Shown: positions 39,962 to 53,188, counted from the stretch's first letter. The stretch: 64,000 bases of DNA from Octopus sinensis (GCF_006345805.1 NC_043007.1:57722001-57786000); one strand, 5' to 3'. Translations and numbers: made by a program. Notes: generated from the letters alone by a model not told the origin.

Positions 39962-40209
39962 GTATGTATGTATGTATGTATGTATGTATGTATGTATGCA
40001 TACATATATACTCGCGTATATGTGTATCCGTGTGAATGTGCGTGTACCTCAGAGTTGCAAATTGTCTCGTAGAAGAGTGTCATATTTAATAGGTCACAGA
40101 AGTGCGACGACATTTTTACATATGAGATATGAACGATAATTGAATATAACATTTGTGTTTGCTTTTCATCGGCCAGCACGAATCTTCTACGATGTAACTG
40201 TATACATGC

Positions 40210-40267
<58 letters not shown>

Positions 40268-40367
40268 AAGTATGGATGTATGTATGTATATATGTTTATT
40301 TATGTATGTATGTATATATTTGTGTGTATAAACATATATATATATATAATCATATATGTGTACACAA

Positions 40368-40428
<61 letters not shown>

Positions 40429-40899
40429 TGTGTGTATGTATATGTATGTATATATGTATGTATGATTGTGTGTATGTATGCGTAGATATATAAGATTCAT
40501 ACATCCCGAATATACTTCCCCAATACTCATAAAATGGCTGTAATAAAATCTTATATAAATAGTGAAATAAAATTTATTCCCTTTCAATGGCCTTTTAATA
40601 TGAAAACAGACACACATGTATATATCCACACGCACACGCACACGCATTCAAAGAAATGCTCACATAGGCATACTGACTCACACACTCACACACACATACG
40701 CACATACACTAGCATACACGCCTATGCCTGTTTGTATTTGTTTGTATGTGTGTGCGTGCGTTTGTGTGCGTGTGCGTGCGTGCGTCTGTGTGTATACGTG
40801 TATGTTTGCTTGTACTTGTAGATCATTTGTGCCAATATGTATGTGTGTACAAGTGTGTACTTACAGAATAAAAGTCAACGATTAGAAAGAGAAAAGAGT

Positions 40900-40929
40900 G
40901 ATGATGATGACGACGACGACGCTGACGAC

Positions 40930-40996
<67 letters not shown>

Positions 40997-41010
40997 GTGA
41001 TGATGTTGAA

Positions 41011-41047
<37 letters not shown>

Positions 41048-41060
41048 GTGATGACAACGA
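40900..41060 (+). repeat. (GAT)n microsatellite
   Basis: Read directly. Confidence 0.95.
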
Positions 41061-41092
41061 AGACAATGACGATTATAGCAAAAGGAAATAAC

Positions 41093-41612
41093 AGTGGCTG
41101 TGTGGTAAAAACTAAGAATTTCTCTTCCTAACCCCATGATTCTGGGATCAATCCCACTACGTGACATCTTAGGCAAGGGTCTTCTGCTATAGCCTCGGGT
41201 GGTTCAAATCTTGAGAGTGGATTTGGTAGAGAGAAACTAAAAGAAATGTGTGTATATGTGTGTGTGCATGTATGTGTGTGTGTGTGTGCGTGCGAGATTT
41301 TTGTGTGTGCCGCTGAGTGTGTATGTGTTTGTGTGTCTATGTGTGCGTGTATTTCTGTGTGTGCCTGCACGTGTATGATGTGTGTGCCTGTGTTTATTTG
41401 TGTGTGTATTTATCCCCCACCAGCGCTTGACAATCGATGTTGGAGTGCTTGCATCCCCGTAACTTAGAGGTTCGACAAAAAAGACCGTTAGAATCAGTAC
41501 CAGACTTTAAACAAAGCGAGTATTGGTGTTGATCTATTTGACATATGACATATAACTTTTTCAAGACGGTGCCCGAGGATGGCTACAAACAAATGACTGA
41601 AACAAGAATAAG
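41093..41612 (+). mobile_element. SINE family 1, diverged, with expanded internal (TG)n
   Basis: Head agtggctgtgtggtaa..atcttaggcaagggtcttct and tail aaatgactgaaacaag. Confidence 0.8.
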
Positions 41613-42571
41613 ATACATAATTAATTATGATTCTGGCAATATATTTTGAGGGATTAATTACTTTACAGACAGAGACTCGTTGAGGGATCCTATACGTGGT
41701 CACTGAATCAGCTAAAAATAGCAGTGAAATCTACCTCAAATCACTCTCTTCTATCTCTAAGAAGAGAAATATATGAATTTGATAATGTTGTAGCGTCTCT
41801 GTAAAGAAACTTTTAATTTGTGATTGTTACGGTTGGGGCGCTTTTGATATATTTATTTAATCAGAGCTGATCGGAATCTGGACAACAATAAAATGTGTCT
41901 CCATCGAAAGGTTTGCCATGCTTTCTCCTAAAATAAGGTCTCGTTGACTGACGGGGAAAGCCCAGCGGTGAAATCATGGCGGAATTGTCTAAAGGCTGCA
42001 ACTGAACCGAAGACATTTATGTGATGTGATATTGGTCAATGGATACTGCATTTCCTTGCAGTAAAGTGCACTAGTTGACAACTTGGTGCATCATATGTCA
42101 TGTTATTAGGGGTCAATTTGTTTTGAACTTTAACCTTTCGTCTATTGGCATGAATAATCGATGATTTATGCACAATGCACAACCAAGTAAACAGATGACC
42201 AAAGCACATGAAATGAGGATTTAAGTGCATGCGTGTCCGTTTGGTTAGTTAGTTTCGTTTGCGAAAACAATGTGTGTGTGTGTATATATGTGTATGATGG
42301 TGCACATCGCACGGCTATTTTTGTGCATAGTAGGAAGTGAAGGAGAAGACAGCATTTGTTACCTAGCTACATTACGACCAATGGCGATCACTTGATATTT
42401 ATAGGGTAAAATAGCCAATTCATGTATCACACGCTGGCAAACACAAACGCATAGAAGTATACATGCATACGTACGAATCGTATATGCATTCAAATTTATA
42501 CATACATAGATACACACACACACGCACATACATAAGTACATACATACATATATACAAACACACACACACTG

Positions 42572-42611
<40 letters not shown>

Positions 42612-42769
42612 TATATATTATGTCAAGTCACTTTTGAGTACTACTGGTAAAATGTAACCCAGTACAACATGTTGCATGGTCGGGTCGTCGGCGACTAAAC
42701 CGGCAACTCCACCAAGCACCGAGGGAGCAGCCACAATATATATACACACACACACACACACATATATAT

Positions 42770-42801
<32 letters not shown>

Positions 42802-42860
42802 GCACTCTAACACACATACGTTGTTATTGTCTCTCGGTTCGGAAGTCTGTGAATATATTA

Positions 42861-43445
42861 GGCACACGCATGCGTGGCTGTATGGTAAGGAGCTTACTTC
42901 ACAAGCCCATGGTTCCGGATTCAGTCCCACTGCGTGACACCTTGGGCAAGTGCTTTCTACTAGAGCCACGGGCAGACCAAAGCCTTATGAGTGGATTTGG
43001 TAGACGGAAACTGAAAGAATTCCGTCGTATATGTATATATATATGTGTATGGGTGTGTGTCTGTGTTTGTCCCCCCAACCCCCACCCCACCATCGCTTGA
43101 CTACCGATCTTGGTGTGTTTATGTCCTCGTAAATTAGCCATTCGGCAAAAGATATCCATGGAATAAACACTAGGCTTACAAAGAATAAGTCCTAGGGTCG
43201 ATTTCTTCGACGAAAACCCTTTAAGGCGGTACTCCAGCATTGCCACAGTCAATTGATTGAAGCAAGTAAAAGAATAAGGCGAGCTTGAAGAGTAGTTATC
43301 ACGCAGGGCGAAATGCTTGGTGGTATTTCCTCCGTCTTCATATTCGTACTTTAAATTCCACCGAGGTCGACTTTGCCCTTCATCCATTCGGGGTTGATTA
43401 AAAAAGTACCAGTTGAACACTAGGGTCGATGTAATCGACTTAAGT
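42861..43445 (+). mobile_element. SINE family 1 (42861-43276) directly followed by SINE family 2 (43277-43445)
   Basis: Both family signatures occur in tandem. Confidence 0.85.
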
Positions 43446-43614
43446 ACTTCTAGGTATGAGTATAAAAAAATTGAACCCCTGTGCCAATCCATGTGGAGCC
43501 AATATGGCAGAGTAGACTCATCAAACTAGTATGATCTCAAGCCATGCTCTGGTGGAGAGAACACGCTGAGGTCTCCATCCTGCAGTGGACTGAATATGAG
43601 CAATACAATACAAT

Positions 43615-43659
<45 letters not shown>

Positions 43660-43661
<2 letters not shown>

Positions 43662-44772
43662 TAGCAGCATAGCCCGGCATTGCCCGGGTATGTAAGAGCC
43701 CCTAGTAGGCAACGGCTAATCCCAATCTAGTCCTTTCCCTCTAGGGAACGAAGGCGCATGTGTAGGTTGCAATGTCTTCTCTTCACTCCCAAATAACTTT
43801 CAAACAGCTATCGATAATTCAACTCAACCAATTCCTACCAGGAAGAAATTACATTCGAGACTTTACCCCCAACACCGCCACTTCTGCTTATAGCTGCTGC
43901 AGCCGCAAGTTATTCGAATACTTTTTTTGTTTAAACTTTCTTTATAACTACCACCCCAAACGTTTTACCTTAAACTTTTGACGTACCCTAAGGGTCCTCG
44001 GACGCTACTTGCAAACTCTTGGTTTATTATAAACCGCTTTTGTCGTGTGCACCAAAAAACCTTTTCCATTCGTTTGTTCAGTTTGGTCACTTTTGACTTT
44101 TTCGTTGTTGTCACTCACATTGCTGCCCGCTTTTTTTGCCGTATTTGTACATTTTTATACATTTTGGGATACTTACCCCACGTGTTCCGAGAATTAAAAA
44201 GGTCGAGTTGGTTTGTGTTTAATACACAAATCGGTTTGCTATGTGTGCCACATATGATTTAATTAACCGATTTTTTTCCAGTAATAAAGTATCCTATTGG
44301 AATAAAAAGGGCCATATAGCTCTTTGGAGCAGACATGATGCTCGCTGTGAATTTCAAAAAAAATTCCTGCCAATTTGTAAAAGATATTGTCGAAAATATG
44401 TCATCTTGAATTTAAACGCGGTTTCCCAAAATGGCATGGTTTTATCGATTTTTTGTGATGGTAAGGTATTGCATGGAAAACTAACGTCATGAGTTTGGTG
44501 AAATTCGATTGCAAGTTGCGAAAACTACAACAGAAAATGTGTTGCATCTATAAAGCTTAGATTCTCGACCCCATGTCGAATTTATCGATTTTTTTTCAGA
44601 ACAGGGGGAACTTTTCAAAATTTTCGCTGCGTTAGTTTTGAATTATGACATTGGGCTATGTGTGTGTCAAGTTTCATCAGAATCGGTTGAAAGCCGTGGT
44701 CAGGGTGAGGGTACAACCTGACAGACACACAGACACACAGACAGACAAACTGCCGTTTATATATAGAGAGAT
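43660..44772 (+). mobile_element. Non-autonomous Helentron/HINE (DINE-1/Lep1-like) element
   Basis: 5' (t)gCTAGCagcatagCCCGGcattgCCCGGG hairpin in a TA run. The 3' end aagtttcatcagaatcggttgaaa..acagacagacaaactgccgtttatatatagag is the layout typical of HINE/Lep1 elements. Confidence 0.7.
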
Positions 44773-46515
44773 ATATCATTGTCTATTTTTTATATTCAAT
44801 TATAATAAAAGCGATTTGAATGGTTACTCCAAACTTTTGTAGAGTACCAGTTTATTATTCTTTAATAATAGTACTGACAGTGACTTCGAAGTTGCAGCTA
44901 TCTAAGCCATCAGATACACACACACATACACATATATATGGGGGGAGACGATGTATTTGTGTGTGCATGTGTTTTTGTGTGTATGTGTGTATGTACATGC
45001 GTGTGTGTGTGTGTATTAGTTGAGTTTGAAGGAAGCACTATTACCCATGATGTTTGGAGGCTCTCTGGCGCTAACGAGCTTCTTAATGCTCAGTTTAAAC
45101 TAAGTAGGTCAACAAATACAAGGACGCCTTGTGCACAGAGATTTCAGATGGACATTGTGCTGGGTTGAAAAAGGACGGGAAATTTAATGTTTTATTTACG
45201 TGAGAAATGTTTTATGGGATGAAGTATTAGATTATTAATTGTTGAGATAATATTTAATGCTATATCGACTCACTTACACACACCTGTTGGAAAATGGGCT
45301 CCGAATTTGTGTATATTGTTTGTCAGTGAGTCTCATCTAGTGCTAAACTTGAGTCGTATAAGATAAGATAGAATAGCCAGTTTTTTAATTGCTAGCATAA
45401 TTTATTTTACATTCAAATTTGAAACTGCTTGCTGACCGACAAATTCTTTAAAACTCCTATCAAAGTACAACTAATATAAGTTATATAATTATGAAATTGT
45501 TAAATGAAGGAGTCGCTATTTTTCTCAGTAGAGATGAGCTTCCATAGGTTGTTAAACATTTGAAATTTTGCCATTTGGACTAAAAATGGTTCGCTAACTC
45601 CGATTTGAAAGTTTATAGTGTTGTCTTTTGCCTCTGCTTAACGGACCAGAAATTGTAGTAAAACTTCCAGCTATATAAATCTTTGCTGATTCATAACAAT
45701 AATTACTAAACGAAGGCTAATACGTAATTACTTAAATATGCTGGTATAACGAAGATGCTTTTACCAAAGTTTGGGCGTTTCATTGTCAGTCCAACCGCTA
45801 AGGAATTCTATTTGGTTTGTTTGACTATTCAATAACTATGTTATTATTGATTATAAGACTGAATCTTCAAATCCCTAAAACTAAAGGGGCCATCTTCATT
45901 TTCTAAGTCCATTCAGCCCAACTTAATTTATATTTTTGGGAGGTGATAAAATATATGCTCCAAGCAACTAAATAAAAACTCTCAATGGTCGTGTTCTACC
46001 AGTTTCTTGTAATGAGCTGTAAACGTAGTTATATGTCAGCTATGACATTGCCAGTCAATCGTCTTCACCAGCAGCACCTTGGACAGAATACAAACCGAAG
46101 TTATTTCCGATCGATGACCGATACACTAAGGACTGACCATCTGCAATTGTCATAATATCATTACATGCACCATAAGTGTAGTTGGAGAAGATACTATCCA
46201 CGAATATATTATTTCTGCTGATACTATCAATTCACTGGATAAGAAAAAATTCCAAACTTCTACAGCCACATACCAAGTCTAATTCGGTAGAGCAATCGAC
46301 AGCAAGTGTCTATAGTAGGGTGGTAAAGGCAAGTTATGATTTGCATCAGTGATTAATGCAAACGCTGTCATCGAATTTACATCAGTGGCGTCCTAGACCT
46401 GTGAGCTAACCCTACACATGCGCACATACATACACAAATATATAGACAACGAGGTCAAGAAAGAAAGGGAGGGATACATAATGCTTGCGTACAAAGATGC
46501 TGAAGGATTGCTTGT

Positions 46516-46663
<148 letters not shown>

Positions 46664-46774
46664 CAAAGAAATAAATATCCACAAAGTTATCCTGTCATAA
46701 AATGCATTGAACTATATATTCATGTTACATGCATATACTTAAATATATACATACACACACATACATATATACAT

Positions 46775-46865
<91 letters not shown>

Positions 46866-46951
46866 ATATATAGATATATACATGTGTAAATATATATGAT
46901 ACGTTAAAATAAAAAGGAGTGCATTGATACAAAATACACACTTAGATATGA

Positions 46952-46998
<47 letters not shown>

Positions 46999-47532
46999 TA
47001 CATATGTACATATGTGTGTGTGTTTATATATAAGCTCATACATAGACAGACAGTATTCCACTCTGTTTCTCTCTCTCACACATACACTCACAAACACGCA
47101 GAATCACATACACGAAGAACTAATAGACAATATATTTCTGGAAACCAACTATGTAACAAAAGTAGAAAAATTCTTAATTTTTACTTAAACGGAAATGCCA
47201 GGCGGGAAATCAGTGAAGATAGTTTTCTTAAATTTCACGTTATTAAGCGAAGGTTTTATAATGGATGTTTCACTTCCGGTCGAATATTTATAATAATTCG
47301 TTTTGATTAGTAAAAAGGAACACCAGTCATAACTCTATGTCGCACTTTGAGGAAACATGTGATCAAACTTTATTACCCCAGCCATTCCGCGACGCCCACA
47401 CTCACCTGTCCCCATTCTTCTCTGGTTGAAGAAGAACTGGTAAATTTTCGTTGTGTTAACAAATTTGTGCGTAGTATTAATTTAATTTTGTGATTAATTC
47501 CTTTGATACCTACACAGATTGATAATTTATTA

Positions 47533-47571
<39 letters not shown>

Positions 47572-47652
47572 GTGTGTGAGTGAGTATATATATATATATA
47601 TGTATGTATGTATGTACATATATATATATATACGTATACATATACATGTGTG

Positions 47653-47698
<46 letters not shown>

Positions 47699-47809
47699 AT
47701 ATATATTATATATATATATTATATATATATATATGTATGTATGTATGTATATATATATATATATAATATATATATATATATATGCATATGTATGTATGTA
47801 GTACGTATG

Positions 47810-47843
<34 letters not shown>

Positions 47844-48249
47844 TGTATGTATGTATGTATGTATGTATGTATGTATGTATGTATGTATGTATGCATGTAT
47901 GAAAGAACGATATTTGAATCGTTAACACTTTCTGTCCCACTCTTATCCTTTTTCTTTTCGCTTCGCCATTGATCTGCAACACAACTCTGAATATTAAATT
48001 TCCCTTTTTGTAATCAGTTCAACAAACTTGCATGTTACAATGCAATTAGGACGTTGTGATGTTCATGTATTTCTCCAGTGCGTTGGCAACGTAAGTAACA
48101 GAAAATTCTTCAATGAAGAACTCAAATCGCATCGTAAATCTCAGAATGCCAACGTCTTCGTGTTCATACCACATGCAAGATAGCTTCTCTTGGAAAAGTT
48201 AGAAACCAATTTTCATTCATATATAGTCATTATACATATATATATATAA

Positions 48250-48292
<43 letters not shown>

Positions 48293-48739
48293 GACGGCTG
48301 AAATAATTTAGGTTGTAGTTTTAATATCGTGATCATAACTTATTTACTATTCAACAACAGCCGTAGCTTATACCGATTTCTATAGGGTTAGATGGGAAAT
48401 CCCGTATATTATCGCAATAAGCTAGGAGAATTAAGTTAACACGCGGTGATAAACGTGATTTTATAACAACTAAAGAATTACGCCAATACATATTTATGTA
48501 CGAGTACATAAACACACATATATGTACATAATTCGTACTTACACTTTATACGTAGATACATAAACACACGTATGTGTGTATGAGTCTGTTTGTGAATTTT
48601 GTATGTTGAGCATAATATATAGGTACCTTTATATAGTTTCGTGGTCAATATTTATTTTGTTAGTTACATTGTATGTTGATATTTCTCAAACTGGGAGCAA
48701 ATTAGGCCAGCGTGTGTATATGCCATCCATATATGATTC

Positions 48740-48778
<39 letters not shown>

Positions 48779-48883
48779 TATGTGCTTGTGTGTGTGTGTG
48801 TGCGTGTTTGTGTGTGTGTGTTCATGTGTGTGTCTTTGTGCTTGTCTGCCTGTGTGTGTGTGCTATTTTATTCTTTTACATGT

Positions 48884-49234
48884 GTCTGTCATTTGACTGC
48901 AGCCATGACAAGGGATTTTAGTCGGACAAATCGACCCCAGGACTTATTTTTTAAGCCCAGTATTTATCGGTCACTTTTGCCGAACCGCTGAGTTACGGGG
49001 ACATAAACACACCGACACTGGTTGTCAAGCGGTATTGGGGAGGCAAACACACACACACACACACACGCACAAACGCACGTGCGCATACACACACACGCAC
49101 ATGCATATATATATATATATATACGACGGGCTTCTGTCAGTTTCCGTCTACCAATTCCTCTCACAGGGTCTTGATCGGCCCGAGGCTATAGAAGAAGACA
49201 TTTACCCAAGGTGCCACACAGTGGGACTGAACCC
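48884..49234 (-). mobile_element. SINE family 1, 5' end truncated
   Basis: Reverse complement of the family-1 body and tail. Confidence 0.85.
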
Positions 49235-49240
49235 AGAACC

Positions 49241-49355
<115 letters not shown>

Positions 49356-49754
49356 TAAAACATACATATATATCATTGTTCGCAACAGGTTAAGCCCGAT
49401 CACCGAGTCATCACATCAAAGGTGTTCCATCCGTGACTATTCATCATAATGTTAATCTAGGAGTCTAGGAGTGAATTATCGCAAATGCCCTTCTGTTTCT
49501 TATTACAATAGGGTATGATTTGAAGGGAATTTAGTGAGTTGGAGCGATCTCATTGGAGCAGGGTCCATTGTTGGAGCGTGTTTCATGAATGTTGGGACAT
49601 GATATGGTGGTTTACTTAGACAATAGAGCAAAATAAATTATAACTTAAAATACTAGAAATATGTCTAGCAATATTCTGTTGTAATTTTTTTTTTTACAAA
49701 ACGAAAGGGTAAGTTAGTTGATTGGTACTTTTTATTTTACGAAACTTAAATTAA

Positions 49755-50020
49755 ACAATAGCAGCGTGGAAGGTGTTTATAAGCCATTTAAAAACACATA
49801 CAAAACCGTTAGATTCACTTCAACATTTAAATTTAATTTGCCAAAATACTTTCGTTGCTTTGAGACCGCGACCTGATCACTGACAAAATTCCGTGCACCA
49901 CGGAATCTAACGGTTTTTGTGTGTTTTTAAATAGCTTATAAACACCTTCCAATCTGTAATTGTTTTTGTTTCAGCACACGATCTCAGATCAGGTCACTTG
50001 CCATGCAAGTACATCTCCGA
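49755..50020. mobile_element. Fold-back Penelope-like repeat, copy B, with a 13-bp flanking direct repeat
   Basis: Homologous to 26504-26829. cgaaacttaaatt occurs at 49740-49752 and 50018-50030 (putative TSD). Confidence 0.65.
49837..49887 (-). ncRNA. Minimal type-I hammerhead ribozyme-like motif with a G3:C8 core
   Basis: Reverse complement tttgtca|GTGATCA|g|gtcgc-ggtctcaaa-gcaac|GAA|AGTATT|T|tggcaaa. Confidence 0.6.
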
Positions 50021-50446
50021 AACTTAAATTGCTACAGATCAAAGAGGAAGCTGGTGGATTAGAACCTACGGTTTATATTTTTCTCTCATTTTGACGATTA
50101 TGTCATTTTGTCTGGCACGCAACCAATACAGCTATTCATCGCCCTTAATAGCAACTACAATAACAACAATAGCAGCAAAAGCAACAATAACAAGAACAAC
50201 AATGTCTTGCATTTAAAATTAAAATGTCAAGTATAAAAATCTCCTTGAATTTTTGTACTTGACATGTTCTTTTTGATTTTCCTTCTTACTTCATATTTTT
50301 ACTGTTATCATTGTATTTTAATTTTTTTTATATATATAAAAGTTTTATTTTTTAAGACATTTAGTTAGATTTTACTGTCTGTGGCAAATAATTCACAGTC
50401 TGTTGGTTTTGGCAATTTAGATTTGTTTATTTTTCTTGTTTCGTTG

Positions 50447-50512
<66 letters not shown>

Positions 50513-50513
50513 T

Positions 50514-50726
50514 GGGCGGTGAACTGGCACAATCGTTAGCAGGCCGGTAAAAATCCTTGGCGGCATTTCGTCTGCATTTCTGTCCTGAGTTCAAATTACG
50601 CTGACGTCGACTATGCGTGTCATCCTGTCGGGGTCATTCAAATAACTACAAGCTGAGCACTAGGGTCGATGTAGTTGACTAGCCCCCTCCTATTAATTTT
50701 TCAGGCTTTGTGCCTATAGTAGAAAG
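50514..50726 (+). mobile_element. SINE family 2 copy between (ATT)n arrays
   Basis: ggcggtgaactggcacaatcgttagc..gagttcaaatt..ttgtgcctatagtagaaaggattatt. Confidence 0.85.
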
Positions 50727-50727
50727 G

Positions 50728-50797
<70 letters not shown>

Positions 50798-50808
50798 ATA
50801 TTATTATC

Positions 50809-50849
<41 letters not shown>

Positions 50850-50879
50850 CTGGTGTTTGTTGTTGTGGTCAAGGTGGTT

Positions 50880-51425
50880 ACATGGAAACTTAAATCTTTA
50901 CAGAATGCATCTAACTTATAAAAATAGAAGCCACTTCTGGGGGAAATTTAATAACAAAGTTCACCTGGGCTATGCTTTTCTAGTGTTATCATCTCGTAAG
51001 GATATTGCATTGATGAAATATTCTCTATCGAGATGTTTAACCTTGTCCAAATGATGTCTTCTCGAGATGTTGGCATGTCGTGATGTTTTCTTGTCGATGT
51101 TAAAATGCTTTTCGTTTTTGTATTTGGTTTGCAAGATTCTTTATATGAGTTCATATTCTGTTGTGTCTGGGAGAGTCATTTTCTTTATGTGCCTTATAAT
51201 GTAACACACTAAGTGGAAATTTTACCAGTGAGTGTGTTACATTATAAGGCTCAAAAAGAAAATGACTCTCCCCAGACACAACAGAGTTAAGATGCTTTGC
51301 TATGTAGAAATGACATTATCGAGCTTTATTGTTCTTAAGATGTTGCTTTGTCGAGATATGACTTTGTCATAATATTGTATTATGAAATTCATCCGGCAAT
51401 GATTCTTGAAATAAAAAGAGACGTT

Positions 51426-51430
<5 letters not shown>
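50880..51430 (-). mobile_element. Degraded R4/Dong-like RT fragment interrupted by a MITE
   Basis: Residual minus-strand motifs (IDKK..RKA..PQKWL; IIAG..EQ) resemble R4-clade RT domains 1-3. Confidence 0.4.
51157..51284. mobile_element. Palindromic MITE with ~54-bp inverted repeats
   Basis: tctgttgtgtctgggagagtcattttcttt..ccttataatgtaacacact (51157-51210) pairs with agtgtgttacattataagg..aaagaaaatgactctcccagacacaacaga (51231-51284). Confidence 0.85.
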
Positions 51431-51501
<71 letters not shown>

Positions 51502-51627
51502 CCTTTCTCGCCCGTTCTCGCCCTTTTTCTCTTTCGAAGCAGGACAAGAAGAGATACATGGGACAGAGAGACACTGATGACACTGGGACAGATACTGGGA
51601 CAGAGAGAGACACAGAACGGGTGACGA

Positions 51628-52034
51628 AAGGCGGCGAGCCGGCAGAAACGTTAGCACGCCGGGCGAAATGCTTAGCGGTGTTTCGTCTGCCGCTACATTC
51701 TGAGTTCAAATTCCGCCGAGGTCGACTTTGCCTTTCATCCTTTCGGGGTCGATTAAATAAGTACCAGTTACGATATAATCGACTTAATCCGTTTATCTGT
51801 CCTTGTTTGTCCTCTCTGTGTTTAGCCCCTTGTGGGTAGTAAAGAAATAGGTATTTCGTCTGCCGTTACATTCTGGGTTCAAATACCGCCAAGGTCGACT
51901 TTGCCTTTCATCCTTTCGGGGGTCGATAAATTAAGTACCAGTTACGTACAGGGGTCGATGTAATCGATTTAATCCCTCTGTCTGTCCTTGTTTGTCCCCC
52001 TCTATGTTTAGCACCTTGTGGACAATAAAGAAAT
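51628..52034 (+). mobile_element. Tandem pair of SINE family 2 variants with an alternative, Tx1-like tail
   Basis: Units 51628-51850 and 51851-52034 (the second 5'-truncated). Tail tgtctgtccttgtttgtcc..ccttgtgg..aataaagaaat. Confidence 0.85.
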
Positions 52035-52788
52035 CAGACGTGTGACGAAAGAATTTTGATAGACAATAAACTAAAAATAATACGAATAAAAACCTAGAAA
52101 TCTGAAGTAAAGACCAAATATATAGTGCGTGTGTTTAATTGGCAGATGAAAAGAGAATGACCATCCACACGTATAACTATATATACAGACATATCTATGT
52201 ACGTGTGTGTGTGTGTATTTATCTGTCTATGTATCTCCTTCTCACTCTCTCTCTCTTTCTCTCTCTCAAACAGACATACACATATGCACACACGCGAGTA
52301 TGCACACATACCTACACACAATACATTAAAATCGAAACACAGTTCTGTTTAGCAATTTAATTCTTATTGATACACATTATCCCCAATCAATCAATTCTAG
52401 TCGTTGACTGATCTTATTCAATCGCTGTTAACCATTTTTTCCTCTCCGCTGATAATTTTATTTCCTCTAGAATTTAGTTGCTAAGAATTTGTTAGACTGA
52501 TCTCTTTTCTCACTGACTTGTCTGCAGTGTTGTAGTTTTTGTTTTATATGTATTTACTTATGTCTGTAAAGAAATAAAGAAATATAGATATAAAAAATGT
52601 GGACTTTAAAAAGAAAAACGTTAGTGACCTTTTGGGTAAATTTATATTTTTTCTTCTTACGTTGCGGACATCTGAACGTTCTCTACAAGGCTGAATGGTG
52701 GAACAGCCATTTATGGAGAACTCTGAACTGCTTCCCATTCTCTCTATCTTTAGGTGAGACAGAGAAATATGTGTGTTCGTGCGTGTAT

Positions 52789-52831
<43 letters not shown>

Positions 52832-53188
52832 GTGTGTCTGTCGTGTGTGTATATGTGTTGTATGCATATGTTAACAGAATGTATGTGCGTATGCTTGTAT
52901 GAGTTATAAGTGTATTTCAAATAACCGGTAGCAATGTGTACAAGGATGTCGTGACATTTCTACAATGGTGATCACTGTAGTTTCAGCTAAAATATTTTTT
53001 TCCTTTATCATTGTTATTAATATTTATAATGACAGTAGCTTGGCACAGTCTGTAAAGTGTCGGGAAAAATACCTTGTTGTATTTAGTTACGTCCCTTTAC
53101 GTTCTAAGTTTGATTCCGACCGATGATTTTCTTTCTTCTGGGCAAATAAAATAATATACCAGTCTTCTTTTGTAGTGATATCTTCCAC

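Noticed and set aside
46020-46400. Non-repetitive, coding-like composition
   Set aside because: The open frames are only about 30-40 codons with no recognisable domain or convincing splice pair.
47195-47285. E2F-like (GGCGGGAAA) and ETS-like (ACTTCCGG) motifs
   Set aside because: Short motifs expected by chance; no CpG island or associated gene.
48081-48154. 8-bp inverted repeat enclosing a 6-bp hairpin
   Set aside because: Within chance expectation for a 64-kb window.
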